DNA of 63,850 nucleotides, counting the filler, from Octopus bimaculoides (taxonomy: Eukaryota): assembly GCF_001194135.2 (NCBI RefSeq). It is 6 parts of 6 records of this genome, joined end to end, with 100 filler letters (N's around TTAATTAATTAA, not from the genome) between each part and the next. Parts side by side here need not be neighbours in the genome. Positions count along the whole stretch, not along the records: positions 1 to 19,542 come from NC_068987.1; positions 19,643 to 28,745 come from NC_068996.1; 4 more parts are not named here. The stretch is one strand, 5' to 3'. The notes below the pieces were generated by a model that saw only the letters and a list, made by a program, of their open reading frames with translations, did no database searches and was not told the origin of the DNA. Shown in pieces: positions 13,305 through 25,780 of the stretch; positions within the stretch are counted from its first letter, which is position 1; each line of letters begins with the position of its first letter. The position numbers and the translations under genes are program-made.

Positions 13305-13480
13305 TCTCCGTGTTTTTCTCCTTGTCTCCGTTTTCTTTCTGTTGAAGAGCGTAGCTCGAAACGTCAAAGACTTTCCGTATTCCCGAGCGTCATACTAATA
13401 TATACTTTTGTTATTTACACCACCTGTCCTCGTCTGTTGTTATTATTTGTATATTCTCCCATATATGTATATATGGTCTT
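13300..13480 (+). mobile_element. Penelope-type terminal repeat remnant with hammerhead-like motif
   Basis: GAAGAGCGTAGCTCGAAACGTCAAAGACTTT is shared with 29760-29860 (minus) and 55560-55710. Confidence 0.55.
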
Positions 13481-13489
13481 GTATGTGTG

Positions 13490-13705
13490 CCTTTGTGTTT
13501 GTGTTTGTCCCCCTCACCATCACTTGACAACCGATGGCTGTGTGTTTATGTCCCCATAACTTAATGGTTCAGCAAAAGAGACCGATAAAATAAGTACTAG
13601 GCTTACAAAGAATAAGCCCTGGGGTCGATTTCTTTGACTAAAAAAAACCCTTTTAAGGTGTTGCTCCAGCATGGCCACAGTCAAATGACTGAAAAGAATA
13701 AAACA
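13490..13705 (+). mobile_element. Abundant SINE, 3' half
   Basis: CTTGACAACCGATG...GGGGTCGATT...CCAGCATGGCCACAGTC. Confidence 0.85.
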
Positions 13706-13741
13706 ATATATATATATATATATTGTTTTTTAACCACTGGT

Positions 13742-13812
<71 letters not shown>

Positions 13813-14492
13813 TAAACTTAAGTCACAATGTATGGATTCAGGTAATCCAGTAGTACTCATAAAGAAAGGTCCTTAATCTATCATTCTTCAAAACAGAATA
13901 TATAGTATGATGCAAGAGAAAATAATGAGTATATCAAGACATAAAGGACTGAGAAATAGTTTGATGAAGTTTATTTAACAATTAGAAAATTCAAATATCA
14001 CAACAAATTGTTTCATAACTTAAAAACATGTATATAATTTATATTATTATATTTAATAATAAATAAATTACTTACATGTCTGTACTAATGCAAAATGCAA
14101 AAAATCTTTCAAGATAATGCAGAATTTAAGCTATGTCCTCAGGTGAAAAAGTTTTTCTTAAATAATAAATTCTCAACGTAATATTTAAAAGATTATGGAA
14201 GACAATAATAAAATTGATATAAAATAATAAAATGATTGTATAATAAACGGAAGGGAATTTTAGTAATATAATTAAAAAGTAACTATTATTAGTACAATAA
14301 AAGAAATTTATTTATTACTAAAAATCTAGAAAATAATTATTATAAAAATAGAGACAAAATAACTGAAACTAAATAAAAGTATTTAGAGATAATATTTACG
14401 AAATATAGGGATCGATATCAACAAGAAAATATGAAATATGAACAATATCATGCCACTGTAGTTGCCCCCCCCTCTCTCTCTCTCTTTCTCTT

Positions 14493-14525
<33 letters not shown>

Positions 14526-14526
<1 letters not shown>

Positions 14527-14952
14527 CTCTTACTCTTTACTTTTTATTCTTTTACTTGTTTCAGTCTTTTGACTGTGGCCATACTGGAACACCGCCTTTA
14601 GTCGAGCAAATCGACTCCAGGACTTATTCTTTGGATGCCTAGTACTTATTCTATTGGTCTCTTTTGCCGAACCGCTAAGTTACGGGGACGTAAACACACC
14701 ACCATCGGTTGTCAAGCGATGTTGGGGGGACAAACACAGACACACAAACATATACACACACATACATTATATAAATATATACATATATACGACGGGCTTC
14801 TTTCAGTTTCCGTCTACCAAATCCACTCACAAGGCTTTGGTCAGCCCGAGGCTATAGTAGAAGACACTTGCCCAAGGTGCCATGCAGTGGGACTGAACCC
14901 AGAACCATGTGGTTGGTAAGCAAGCTACTTACCACACAGCCACTCCTGCACC
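14526..14952 (-). mobile_element. Abundant tRNA-derived SINE, full length
   Basis: Head, central (TA/TG) tract, body and AGAGTA-type tail are all present. Confidence 0.9.
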
Positions 14953-15970
14953 TATATNNNNNNNNNNNNNNNNNNNNNNNNNNNNNNNNNNNNNNNNNNN
15001 NNNNNNNNNNNNNNNNNNNNNNNNNNNNNNNNNNNNNNNNNNNNNNNNNNNNNNNNNNNNNNNNNNNNNNNNNNNNNNNNNNNNNNNNNNNNNNNNNNNN
15101 NNNNNNNNNNNNNNNNNNNNNNNNNNNNNNNNNNNNNNNNNNNNNNNNNNNNNNNNNNNNNNNNNNNNNNNNNNNNNNNNNNNNNNNNNNNNNNNNNNNN
15201 NNNNNNNNNNNNNNNNNNNNNNNNNNNNNNNNNNNNNNNNNNNNNNNNNNNNNNNNNNNNNNNNNNNNNNNNNNNNNNNNNNNNNNNNNNNNNNNNNNNN
15301 NNNNNNNNNNNNNNNNNNNNNNNNNNNNNNNNNNNNNNNNNNNNNNNNNNNNNNNNNNNNNNNNNNNNNNNNNNNNNNNNNNNNNNNNNNNNNNNNNNNN
15401 NNNNNNNNNNNNNNNNNNNNNNNNNNNNNNNNNNNNNNNNNNNNNNNNNNNNNNNNNNNNNNNNNNNNNNNNNNNNNNNNNNNNNNNNNNNNNNNNNNNN
15501 NNNNNNNNNNNNNNNNNNNNNNNNNNNNNNNNNNNNNNNNNNNNNNNNNNNNNNNNNNNNNNNNNNNNNNNNNNNNNNNNNNNNNNNNNNNNNNNNNNNN
15601 NNNNNNNNNNNNNNNNNNNNNNNNNNNNNNNNNNNNNNNNNNNNNNNNNNNNNNNNNNNNNNNNNNNNNNNNNNNNNNNNNNNNNNNNNNNNNNNNNNNN
15701 NNNNNNNNNNNNNNNNNNNNNNNNNNATATATATATATATATATAAGCTTTACAACCATTTGAAACACAAAGAACTGAATATTCCATTTTGAAATGAGCC
15801 CTTTGCAAACTTGACCTCAATCCCAGATAATCCTTGGCTTAAACATGTTTGTAATGTTTGCAGTAGGTGCCTGTTTATCTAAAGTTGAACTTGGTAATCA
15901 TATGAGATCTCATAGCAACACTTACTAATTAAAGATATGACTGTCTTCTGTAAAGGAGAGGAAACTACAC

Positions 15971-16008
<38 letters not shown>

Positions 16009-16324
16009 GCACACATGCAAGTAAGCGCCCAGGCACAAAACAAGGTGGAAAAATAGTACTCAAATAACAAAGACAGAGTAAAATACTGTTTTATTGAAAC
16101 CAAAAACCCCGAGATTCACGTAATCATTCATCACAAAGAATATATATATATATATAATACATTATGTATTATATTATTCTATATTATATTGTGTATTATA
16201 TTACATTGTTATATTATATCACATTATATATTATATTATATTATATTACATACACACACAAACACATATATATGTACATAGATATATATAAAATCCAAAT
16301 AAGAATAGAAGAAAGATTTTATCA

Positions 16325-17405
16325 CCTCTTTATCACCTGAGGGAACAACTACCTGAATTGACAGTACCCTGGTAGATAAAGCAATTAAGGATATGAAGAC
16401 AGGGAAAGCCCCTGGCCCATCAGGAATCACTGCAGAAATGCTTAAAATATCTGGCTGTGTGGGTTATAGTTTAGTCACCCATATCATAAATCAGGTAGTT
16501 CATGAAGGAGTCATACCCAATGACTGATGTAGCAGCACCATAGTCAACTGTTACAAAGGTAAAAGTGATGCTTTACATAGAAATAACTACAAGGGTATCA
16601 AATTGCTGGATGAGTTGATGTAAGTTATGGAGAGGGTCATAGCCTAACTAATTTGGGAGAGAGCTAGCCTAGATGAGATGCAGTTTGATTTTGTGCCAGA
16701 TAGAAGTACTACTGATGCTATATTTCTAGTAAATACCTAGCCAAAGATAAACCTCTATACTTGGCTTTTGTTGACTTGGAGAAAGCCTTTGACAAGGTCC
16801 TCTGATCTCTTATCTGGTGGTCATTGCAGAAACTAGGGTTAGACAAGTGGTTGGTAAATGCTGTACAAGTCATGTACAGGAATGCTGTCAGTAAAGTGAG
16901 GGTTGGCAACGAGTGTAGTGAAGAATTCCGGGTAGAAGTAGGGGTTCACCAAGGATCAGTCCTCAGCCCCATGTAATAAACACCATTCGAGCATGTTTTG
17001 ATGCTTGTGCTGGTGCCGCTTGTGCTGGTGGCACATAAAAAGCACTATGTGAATGTGGTCAATGCCAGTGCTCCCTGACTGGCTCCTGTGCCGGTGGCAT
17101 GTTAAAAGCACCTTCCAAACGTGGTCAATGCCAGTGGCCCCTGACTGGCTCCTGTGTTGGTAGCATGTAAAAAGCACCATCTATATGTGGTTATTGCCAG
17201 TGCCGCCTGACTGGCTCCCATGCTGGTGGTACATAAAAAGCACCCACTACACTCTCAGAGTGGTTGGCATTCGAAAGGGCATCAAGCTGTAGAAATCTTG
17301 CCAGATCAGATTGGAGCCTTATGCAGCCTACTGGCTTTCCAGTCCTCAGTCAAGCCTTCCAACCCATGCCAACATGGAAAGTAGACATTAAACGATGATG
17401 ATGAT
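16325..17405 (+). mobile_element. Internally deleted RTE LINE (RT fragment fused to 3' UTR with (GAT)n tail)
   Basis: The RT reads up to HQGSVLSP at ~16970 and then jumps to the 3' UTR tandem repeats and ...CATTAAACGATGATGATG. Confidence 0.85.
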
Positions 17406-18047
17406 TTAACCACCAGCAACAATTCTGTTTACAATGACAGTTCACACTGTACTTCTAATGAAAACTTAAATATTTTTTGCAGTTTCAAATATCAGAGTGA
17501 CACTAATTCAGACCTGCATCAAAGGTGTGCTTTTACATTGTGCATCTGCCAGGCTTTGTGTTTTGTCTATCATTAAAGATATGCTAAGATCTTTCTTTGT
17601 CTTCTTATTTGGATTATATTTTACTCTTTACTAAACCCACACAATCTTTTTATTGTTTTAACACCTGGATTTTCTACACCTGACTATAATCTGAGAGTGC
17701 AGATAGCCTAAAGCTCAGGTTGAGTGCTATGTTGGAAATACCCCATCTTTCTACTCTCCCAGGACCTTATATATATATATATATATNNNNNNNNNNNNNN
17801 NNNNNNNNNNNNNNNNNNNNNNNNNNNNNNNNNNNNNNNNNNNNNNNNNNNNNNNNNNNNNNNNNNNNNNNNNNNNNNNNNNNNNNNNNNNNNNNNNNNN
17901 NNNNNNNNNNNNNNNNNNNNNNNNNNNNNNNNNNNNNNNNNNNATATATTTATATAAGTATATATATTTTTTGTATAATTAGATATTGTTAATATAACAA
18001 TACATAAAAATGGGCTAGAGTTGAAGTGCTCAGCATGAGCTAGAATT

Positions 18048-18289
18048 CAAATTATGGTAAGAATGGATACATAAGGGTGGAAGACCACAGGAACAATACT
18101 GTGTATCCAACACAAGATTTAATATATGTGCGTGTGTGTGTTCAATTCATTCTAGAATCAATGAATATATATTTATTGATTCTAGAATGAATTGAACACA
18201 CACACGCACATATATTAAATCTTGCATTGGATATACGGTATTGTTCCTGTGGTCTTCCAACCTTATGTATCCATTATTACTATAATTTG
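18048..18289. repeat. ~240-bp near-perfect palindrome
   Basis: The left arm CAAATTATGGTAAGAATGGATAC...TCTAGAATCAATGAAT mirrors the right arm, with almost no spacer. Confidence 0.95.
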
Positions 18290-18507
18290 TATAAGTATAT
18301 ATATATATATATTTATGTAAGTATATATATATATATTTATGTAAGTATATATATATATATTTATGTAAGTATATATATATATATTTATATATGCATATAT
18401 TTATTTTTATATATGTGTATATATATATATTTATATATGTATATATATTTTTATATGTGTATATATGTATATATATGTATATATATATGTATATATATAT
18501 ATATTTA

Positions 18508-18538
<31 letters not shown>

Positions 18539-18560
18539 ATGTATATATTTATATAATAAC
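18290..18560. repeat. (TA)-rich compound microsatellite with repeated TTTATGTAAG units
   Basis: Direct reading of the sequence. Confidence 0.9.
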
Positions 18561-18657
18561 ATTTGTTTGTTTACTTTCATCGTAAAGTTGAATTTAACGT
18601 TAGCGTCTTATGAAGCTTAATTTATAAGTTCTAAAATTGCAGAAGAATCCATTGCTG

Positions 18658-18730
18658 GGCAGTTTAGTTTAATGGTAAAACACTGGATGCGTAATCACAG
18701 AGATGTGAGTTCGAGTCTCATGGCTGGCCA
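18658..18730 (+). tRNA. tRNA-like sequence or pseudogene (possibly Thr-CGT-like)
   Basis: It has a D arm TAGTTTAATGGTAAAAC, a T arm GTGAG-TTCGAGT-CTCAT, an acceptor stem with one mismatch and an irregular anticodon arm. A T5 run follows ~9 nt downstream. Confidence 0.5.
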
Positions 18731-18849
18731 GTAACATATTTTTCTGCAATATATGGATAATTTATCCCGATCACACTATTTATTGCATTATCACACGTTT
18801 GAGAAATAAATTTATTTCTGTATCTTACATAAATAATATATAACTATAT

Positions 18850-19110
18850 GCATATATCCATACATATATGTACATACCTACATCCATATGTATACATTCA
18901 TGCATATATAAGTATAGGACATCACAAAAAACGTTAAACACAATGAGAAATGAAAATATAAAGATGAAGACAGAAAATGAACTTTTTTTTCGAACAACAA
19001 AAAAAACAGAGAAACAAGACAAGCAACATAAAGAATATTTCCCTTCTTCAGTTGTCCCTGTTCTATCTACTCTGCATTTCGAAGGCAAGGACAATATGTG
19101 ACTTCTTTGG
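18850..19110 (-). mobile_element. Retroelement 3' terminal remnant (probably Penelope-type)
   Basis: Similar to 62880-63190 (TATAGGACATCAC...; GACAACTGAAGAAGG on minus). Confidence 0.4.
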
Positions 19111-19484
19111 AACAAGCCTTCCCGCAAAGCAAATCAAATTAAATTTGGAATTTTTTGTGGAGGGTAAAAGTGTAAACAAGAACAGGACAGTGAGAACAAG
19201 ACAGTAAAAACAAGACAGAACAGTGAAAACAAACGGTAAGGGCTGTTAGGCCAAAATGATAGAAAAATTATTATTTTGAATGCGAAGTTAGATGTTTATG
19301 AGAGACAAAAGAATTCACGTCTTCTCTATAAGAAGGCAGGAAGTAGAAAGAAAGAATCCCTTTCATCACGTGTCAGCGACAAGAGGGTCAAGGAGGAGTG
19401 AGAGAGAGGGAATAATGAAAGGAAGAGAAGAATAGGGGAGGGTTGGGAGAGAAAAACAGAAAGGATATATGCATATATATATGA

Positions 19485-19542
19485 TATCATCATCGTCGTT
19501 TAACGTCCGCTTTCCATGCTAGCATGGGTTGGACGATTTGAC
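19485..19542 (-). mobile_element. RTE 3' tail, cut by a scaffold spacer
   Basis: CATCATCGTCGTTTAACGTCCGCTTTCCATGCTAGCATGGGTTGG. Confidence 0.85.
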
Positions 19543-19642
19543 NNNNNNNNNNNNNNNNNNNNNNNNNNNNNNNNNNNNNNNNNNNNTTAATTAATTAANN
19601 NNNNNNNNNNNNNNNNNNNNNNNNNNNNNNNNNNNNNNNNNN
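19543..19642. other. Artificial scaffold-join spacer N44-TTAATTAATTAA-N44 (also 28790, 37854, 60282, 62723)
   Basis: An identical six-frame-stop 12-mer is embedded in N runs five times. Confidence 0.95.
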
Positions 19643-19659
19643 AATTTTTTTTTTTTTTT

Positions 19660-21190
19660 GCAACCAGCCTTCCAGCCTTTAAATGGAGAAATGGCCAGAA
19701 AAGTTAGTGTTTCACTGAAAAGAAAAAGTATAAAAAGGTTTGTAATTGAAGAGGTCCAATATAAGAAAGAAGAATTTTAAAAAGTCTAAAGGAACGCTTT
19801 GTCTTTATTAAAATGGATGCCTACAGAGCCAACTATTTTGCCATTAACGTCAGGTTTGTTGATAAGAATGATAAGGTGGTGGCACAGACATTGGCAGTAA
19901 AGGACACTCAGGTACAACACTATTGCATATCTTCAGAAGTTGGTGGAAGAAGTATTTTGTTGTAACTGATAATGCTTCAAATATGTTGAGTACAACTGAG
20001 AAAATAAATTAAGCTACTGAAGAAGGTACAAAAACATGGGATGATATAGAGAACATTCCTGGAACAGTAGCAGAACTAATAGAAGAGCCAGAGGAGAACT
20101 CTAATGTTTTAGGAGAAGTATCCAGATTATTTACAATTCAACATATGTGTTGTGCTGCACATTCACTACAACTAGCAATAAAAGATGGATTGAAAGATTG
20201 ACATGCAGCTACTCTCATTGGAAAGCTGAGGCAAGTAGCTGTTGCAGCCCAAACACCCAAGACAGATGCCATTCTGAAGAGACGTGCTGGAAAGGGGGCT
20301 ATTTTAGATCTAGCAACACATTGGGGTAGCACCTATTTGATGATCAAACTAAAAACTTTTCTGAAGGATCTAGTTTACCAAAATATTTCACTAACTGAAA
20401 ACGAGTAGACACAAGTAAAAGAACTGGAAAGTTTGCTTTCTCAGCCTTATATCAGCACCAAGAAGTTGCAATCTGGAGATTTAACCCCTGGTGGATTCTT
20501 GTTGGAGTGGTAAAAGTTGATATTTAACCTGGAACAAAAAAGGAGGATTAATTTCTGATCGTATTGTTCTTTCAATGAGAAAAAGAGAATCTCTCTTGCT
20601 GGACAATAAAATTTTGTTAGCTGCTATTTACATTCATCTGATGAATCGAATTTTAATAAACAATAAGCAAATTGATGAAAGAAAACAGGCACAGAGTGAA
20701 ATAGTGAAAGGACATGAGAGGCAACCCGAAACTGAAATTAAAGATGTTCACAGTATCAGTAACGTGAAAGCAGCCTATTCAGAATCAAATGAAGAATTAG
20801 ACTTTGAAGCTGTTTTGGACGAAATGGAGCATTCAAAAGTGAAGTGACAGCAATTGAATGAAGAAACTACAAAATACCGTTAGAACTTTGAAAAAGAAAA
20901 TTTCAGCAAGATGTTCTTAATGATTTAAAAGAAGTGGAACAGTATGATCAGTCATCAAAACTTACTGTAGAAGAAGCCAGCCTTCTTTATCCAGAGATTA
21001 TTAGGGATGTAACCAGAACTTTAACAGCAATGTCACCAACCCAAACACTGGTTTGGGTTGGTGGCATTGCATTCTGCTCTAAAGATATTTAAATCTGATT
21101 TAAGGGTTTCTATGAAGGAAGATGTGGTAGAAGCAATTCTGTTTTTAAGAACAATTTATTAGTTGATTCATGAAAAACCTTAACACCAAT
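19660..21190 (+). pseudogene. hAT transposase remnant
   Basis: VTDNASNM, HMCCAAHSLQLAIKDGL, ATHWGSTYLMI (RWNSTY-like) and a C-terminal dimerisation region (ALKIFKSDLRVSMKEDVVEAILFLR). Confidence 0.85.
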
Positions 21191-21589
21191 TGAACTTTTT
21201 TTTCATTTCTTAGGATATTCCTGACTATATAATTAATAAAATCTTACATTATAGACATTTTATTTTTGTCATGTCTTTAATAACCTGTCAAAGATTATAT
21301 TTCAACTTGTTAGTAGTATTATTTTTTGATGTACTTATTTCTTATTTGCTAAGATATACATGTAACAAGTCTTACATTTATAGCATTTTTATTTCTATTG
21401 TCATTTCATCCATATCCTTTCAAAAACTGTCTCTAATTCTGTTAGAAAATATTGAAGATTGAATAGGTATGATATAATAAATCACAATATCTTTATTCTT
21501 TAATATAAACCAGTTATAACATATAGGCCTACTCAAAGTACAAGTGTATGCATATACTTTATGAGATATGTAGACCACAATTACTTAAT

Positions 21590-23340
21590 TACATAAAGAG
21601 GAGTTGAAATTTTTTGTTTCAACTTCAAAACCCTATTTTAAAATATGGATTTATTCCATCTGTAAATAACCAGTAATTGTCACTGTATTTGATATATGAA
21701 AAAACATTCCGAGATGAAGTAATGAAGCCTTCAAGAATGATTGAACATTTGCAAAAAAATGCATCCAGGTAAAGCTGGAAAAGATGATTACTTTCACCAA
21801 ATAAAAAATGGATTTTAAAAACTGTTTTACTCTCAAAGAGTTGTTTACCAGAAAAAAAAGGCAAATAGAATTAACTGTGAAATGTAGAAAACCACATACT
21901 AGTGACAAAACTCTTCTCTTACCACCTATAAACGAAGCTTTGGATACTATGATTTGCTCAGGTAAAAGTGCTAGAACAGCACCAACTCCTATCAGTAATA
22001 GTACAGTAGAGCAAGAATAGATGACATAGCCAAAGATGAAAGTAAACTATGTGATGCTTTAAATAATGAAGAATTTTGATGAGTCAACTTTACGTGACAA
22101 TGAATCTTTGCTAACAGCCTACGTCTGTTTTATAAATCCAAATCAGGAAATTATTCAAGAGTGTCTGTTTGTTGTAAAAATGTTACTTGACACAAAAGGT
22201 TCTACAATTTTTAAGGTTGTTAAAGAATGTTTAATGCTAAGAATATTCCTCTCACAAATATTGCATTTGCAACAGATGGAGCACCAGCTATGATAGGCTG
22301 TTATCATGGATTTATAGCACATATAAAGGAACTAGCTCTACATATATTTGCAGTTCACTGTGTTATTCATTGAGAACACATGGCTGTAAAACATCTTAGC
22401 AATAGACAACATAATGCATTAAATAGTGTAATTAAAACAAGTAACATCACTGAAGGACTATCTTTTGAAAGCTTGCCATGGGAAAGAAGAAAACTTTAAG
22501 TGTCTGTTGCTTCATACTGAGGTGCAATGGCTCAAATGGAAATTGTTTAAATCGTTTTTATGATCTCTATGATAATGTTTTGGAATTTCTTAACTCATAT
22601 GATGAGAACATATATAACAAGAGCACAAACTTCCACTAAGGCAACACCAATGTCCTCTCAACAATTAGCCAAAGATGATTTTTAAAATGAGAATATCTGA
22701 AATAAACTTGACTGCTGTCACAAATGAGAATGCTAAAAATGAACCCGACCACTCATAAAATTTAAGTAAAAAAAACAGGAAAAATAATCCAGAATTCTTG
22801 TCTGGTACTGGATCAATCCCAAAATCTAATCAGTTTGTGCCAGTCATGAGACCAAACATCTCTGAAAGTTTCATCCAAATCTATCCAGTGGTTCTTGAGA
22901 GATCTTGTCCACAGACAAACAAACAAACACGATTGAAAACAATACTTCCACCTTTGCTAAGGCAGAGGTAATAAACTAAGCAACCAAAGAGTTGACATTG
23001 CATATCTTTCTGATATTTCACTAAATTAAATGAGGCTAACATTAAGTTGTAAGGAGATAATAATTCCTTTTAATCAAAGCAAAAGGAATTATAAATGTAT
23101 TTTTCAGTAAATTATTATTCCACAAAGAGAGATTATTGAAAAGAGAAGGTTTTAGTTTCGAAGCCTGCACATAATAGAAAACAATGATAGCAATTTAATA
23201 TTAGATATAGATTACTATTGTTCTCATCTGCAGACACTGAAAGAAGACTTAATGATAAGGTTTAAAGATTTTACTGATCCTAAAGTATCTGATTGGGTCA
23301 TAAATCCATTTGACAAAACTTTGCATACATGTTAAACTAA
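21590..23340 (+). pseudogene. Charlie/Buster-type hAT transposase remnant, interrupted by an insertion
   Basis: MKPSRMIEHL, DESTLRDNESLL, ATDGAPAMIG, HCVIH, LLLHTEVQW and DIAYLSDIFTKLNE. Confidence 0.85.
22616..22972. mobile_element. DINE-1/HINE-like non-autonomous Helentron-type element
   Basis: It splits the hAT frame (DENIY|KLSNQ) with no clear TSD. It has a subterminal CTTCCACTAAGG motif, a (CAAA)n tract and a terminal hairpin. Confidence 0.55.
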
Positions 23341-24399
23341 AATCCAGTTCAATTATACTCTAATTGGGTTTCAATAAAAATCTATAATGGGCCCCATAGG
23401 AGGGTTGGGCTATTATTTCATAAAATGAGAAGGATGCAAAAGTGTTAATATGATGGAAATGTGGTGGTGTAGTGACTGTGGTTGATATTAGGGAAGGAAA
23501 GAACAGCATTGTGTAAGTGATAAATATGGAGTGGCAGTGGGATGATAACGTTAATACAGTTGTCATTGAGGGAAATATATGCAATGAGGCATACATACTT
23601 TTGTAAATACATAGATACATACATGCACACATACACATAATTAACTTTGAAAACACCAAGGAAGGGAAAGAAAAGTCGATGTGAGGAATATGTAGCTTTA
23701 AGGAGAGAGGGGGTAGGTGGCTTTTCTGCTGTCCATCGCAAAGAAACACTCACACACACATACATATATATATCCATACATAAGTACATATATACATGTC
23801 TATTATACACCATTTTAAACTTGTGATTACCTGTGTGTACATTTGTAAATGTGTATGTGTGTGATGTCATATAACTGTCTGTCTCTCTAATTTTGTAGGA
23901 TTTTCCCTATTGCTGTAACATATAAAATTTTAAAATTATGTCAAAATTTTCAAATTTGGTATATCAAAATAATTTTCTGTGTTAAATCCAATTTTGTTAT
24001 TTGTTCCAGAAAAATTGCAGGAAAATGCTACTGAGGTTTAAAGTTTAATCAATTTTACCTAATCAGAAAACAGGATTTGGAAGCTGGCATTTTCTGCATG
24101 ATAGCTGTATATCACAAAATGAAAGCAAAATCATTACACGGAGGAATTTTTATTAAACAAACAAAAGCAAAGCATTATAATGACCAAAGTTGTAAGAACT
24201 TCTGAAGCTTTAATAAGTTTCAATGAATAAAGTCATGTGAAACAGTCGAACAGACATGTAAATAATTTGAAAAGGGGAAAAAAAATCCTCAATGAAGATT
24301 TTTATGAAAAATTGCACAAATCTGTCCTGATCAAGAGGCCTATCTGTTGGGGAAGGCATGATGTGACATGGAATAAACAAAAATTTATATAAGACATTC

Positions 24400-25780
24400 T
24401 ATTGTAAAAATTGCTAGGCAATGACAGGCTGTTCAGCTAGTACATGGTCTGATCAATAAGTATCTGGACTGTTGCCATAGTAACGAAGCAATGAAAAATC
24501 TTGCATCCTTAATTCATCTACCTGGAAAAGGCTAGACAGAAAAAGAAATAGATTATATCATGAACTTTAAATGTAAACGTAATCTTTTCTACAGCCTACC
24601 TAAAATACACAAGAGCCAGGTAATTAATGAAGCCTGCAAACAATCACTAGGCACAAACATTAATATCCTAGAAGATTTAAAGTTAAGACCCATTATAGCT
24701 GGCCCAGCCAATGAAACCCACAACCTAAGAAACTTTCTAGACATTCTACTGAAATCCTTGGTGAAATACATTAAGAGTTTCATTAGAGACAATCTAGATA
24801 TGCTGAACCACCTACCAAAAACAACTAATGAGAGACATTATTGGTTTCCTTCGATATTACAAAATCTGTACACCAATATCTCACATGACTGTGGAATAGA
24901 ACCAATAAAATTCTAGCTGGAAAAGTATCCCAAAGAACTTCCGGAATGCATAAATCAGGTTTTTATTATTGAAACTTTAAAATTTATACTTCAGAACAAT
25001 TATTTCCTATTTGATGGCACATACTGGCGACAAAAATGTGATGGGAATGAAAGCAGCTCCTGTTCTTGTGAACCTAATAATGGGATATTTTGAATTCACT
25101 ATATATGAACTGTCACTGCAAAAATATGGATACCCATTTCACCATTATATAAAAGAGAACTAGAAAAGATATCTGGATGACTGCTTTATCACACCACACC
25201 TCATCCCATATTGACTCACAACCCTAGAAAAAATGAGGCATACAACACCATTGTACAAAATCTACCAAAGCTCACTAGGGATCCAAAAATTAATTACATT
25301 CTTAAAACACATAAATTCATCAAATGTAAAAGGCAATCCAAATCACTAAAAAGACTAGTTACAAATGCAAAACTATACACTACAAATGCAAACTATACAC
25401 AAAACTGTGGAACATGCCCCAACCTACTGGAAGACTTGGAATTCCAATTCAAACAAGAAGAGAGGTTCACAATTAAGATCAACTTCACATGTGCATCTGA
25501 AAATTTAATTCATGTCATAACTTGTTCAGGTTGTGGACACAACTATATAGGACACTTAGATGAAGAACCACACTGCATAAGGAACAGATCCATTTTCCAA
25601 GGTATAGACTGATACCCTTGAGTGAACACATAGAGAGATATGCAGGGAATCTCCAACCAAATTTCACAGTTTTCCCCATCTACCAGGGTAAAGAAACAAT
25701 TTCTGTACAAGAACGTTTAAATAAAGAAAATTTATTCGTTGAAAAATACAGAACATGCCTAAATATGAATGCGTAATCAA
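24400..25780 (+). mobile_element. Penelope-like element, RT plus GIY-YIG, decayed
   Basis: YSLPKIHKS, LRPIIAGP, NLYTNISHD, RYLDDCF and CASENLIHVITCSGCGHNYIG. Confidence 0.9.

Noticed and set aside
14852-15820. Long ORFs in the track (also 33875-34654, 38957-39637, 53100-53456, 58332-59460)
   Set aside because: They are open only because they run through N gaps.
16975-17260. CRISPR-like appearance of the ~60-bp repeats
   Set aside because: There are no unique spacers and no cas genes, the context is eukaryotic, and the repeats belong to the RTE 3' UTR.
19587-19598. TTAATTAATTAA islands inside N runs (five times)
   Set aside because: This is an artificial six-frame-stop linker used to join scaffolds, not biology. 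Adjacency across these points is unreliable.
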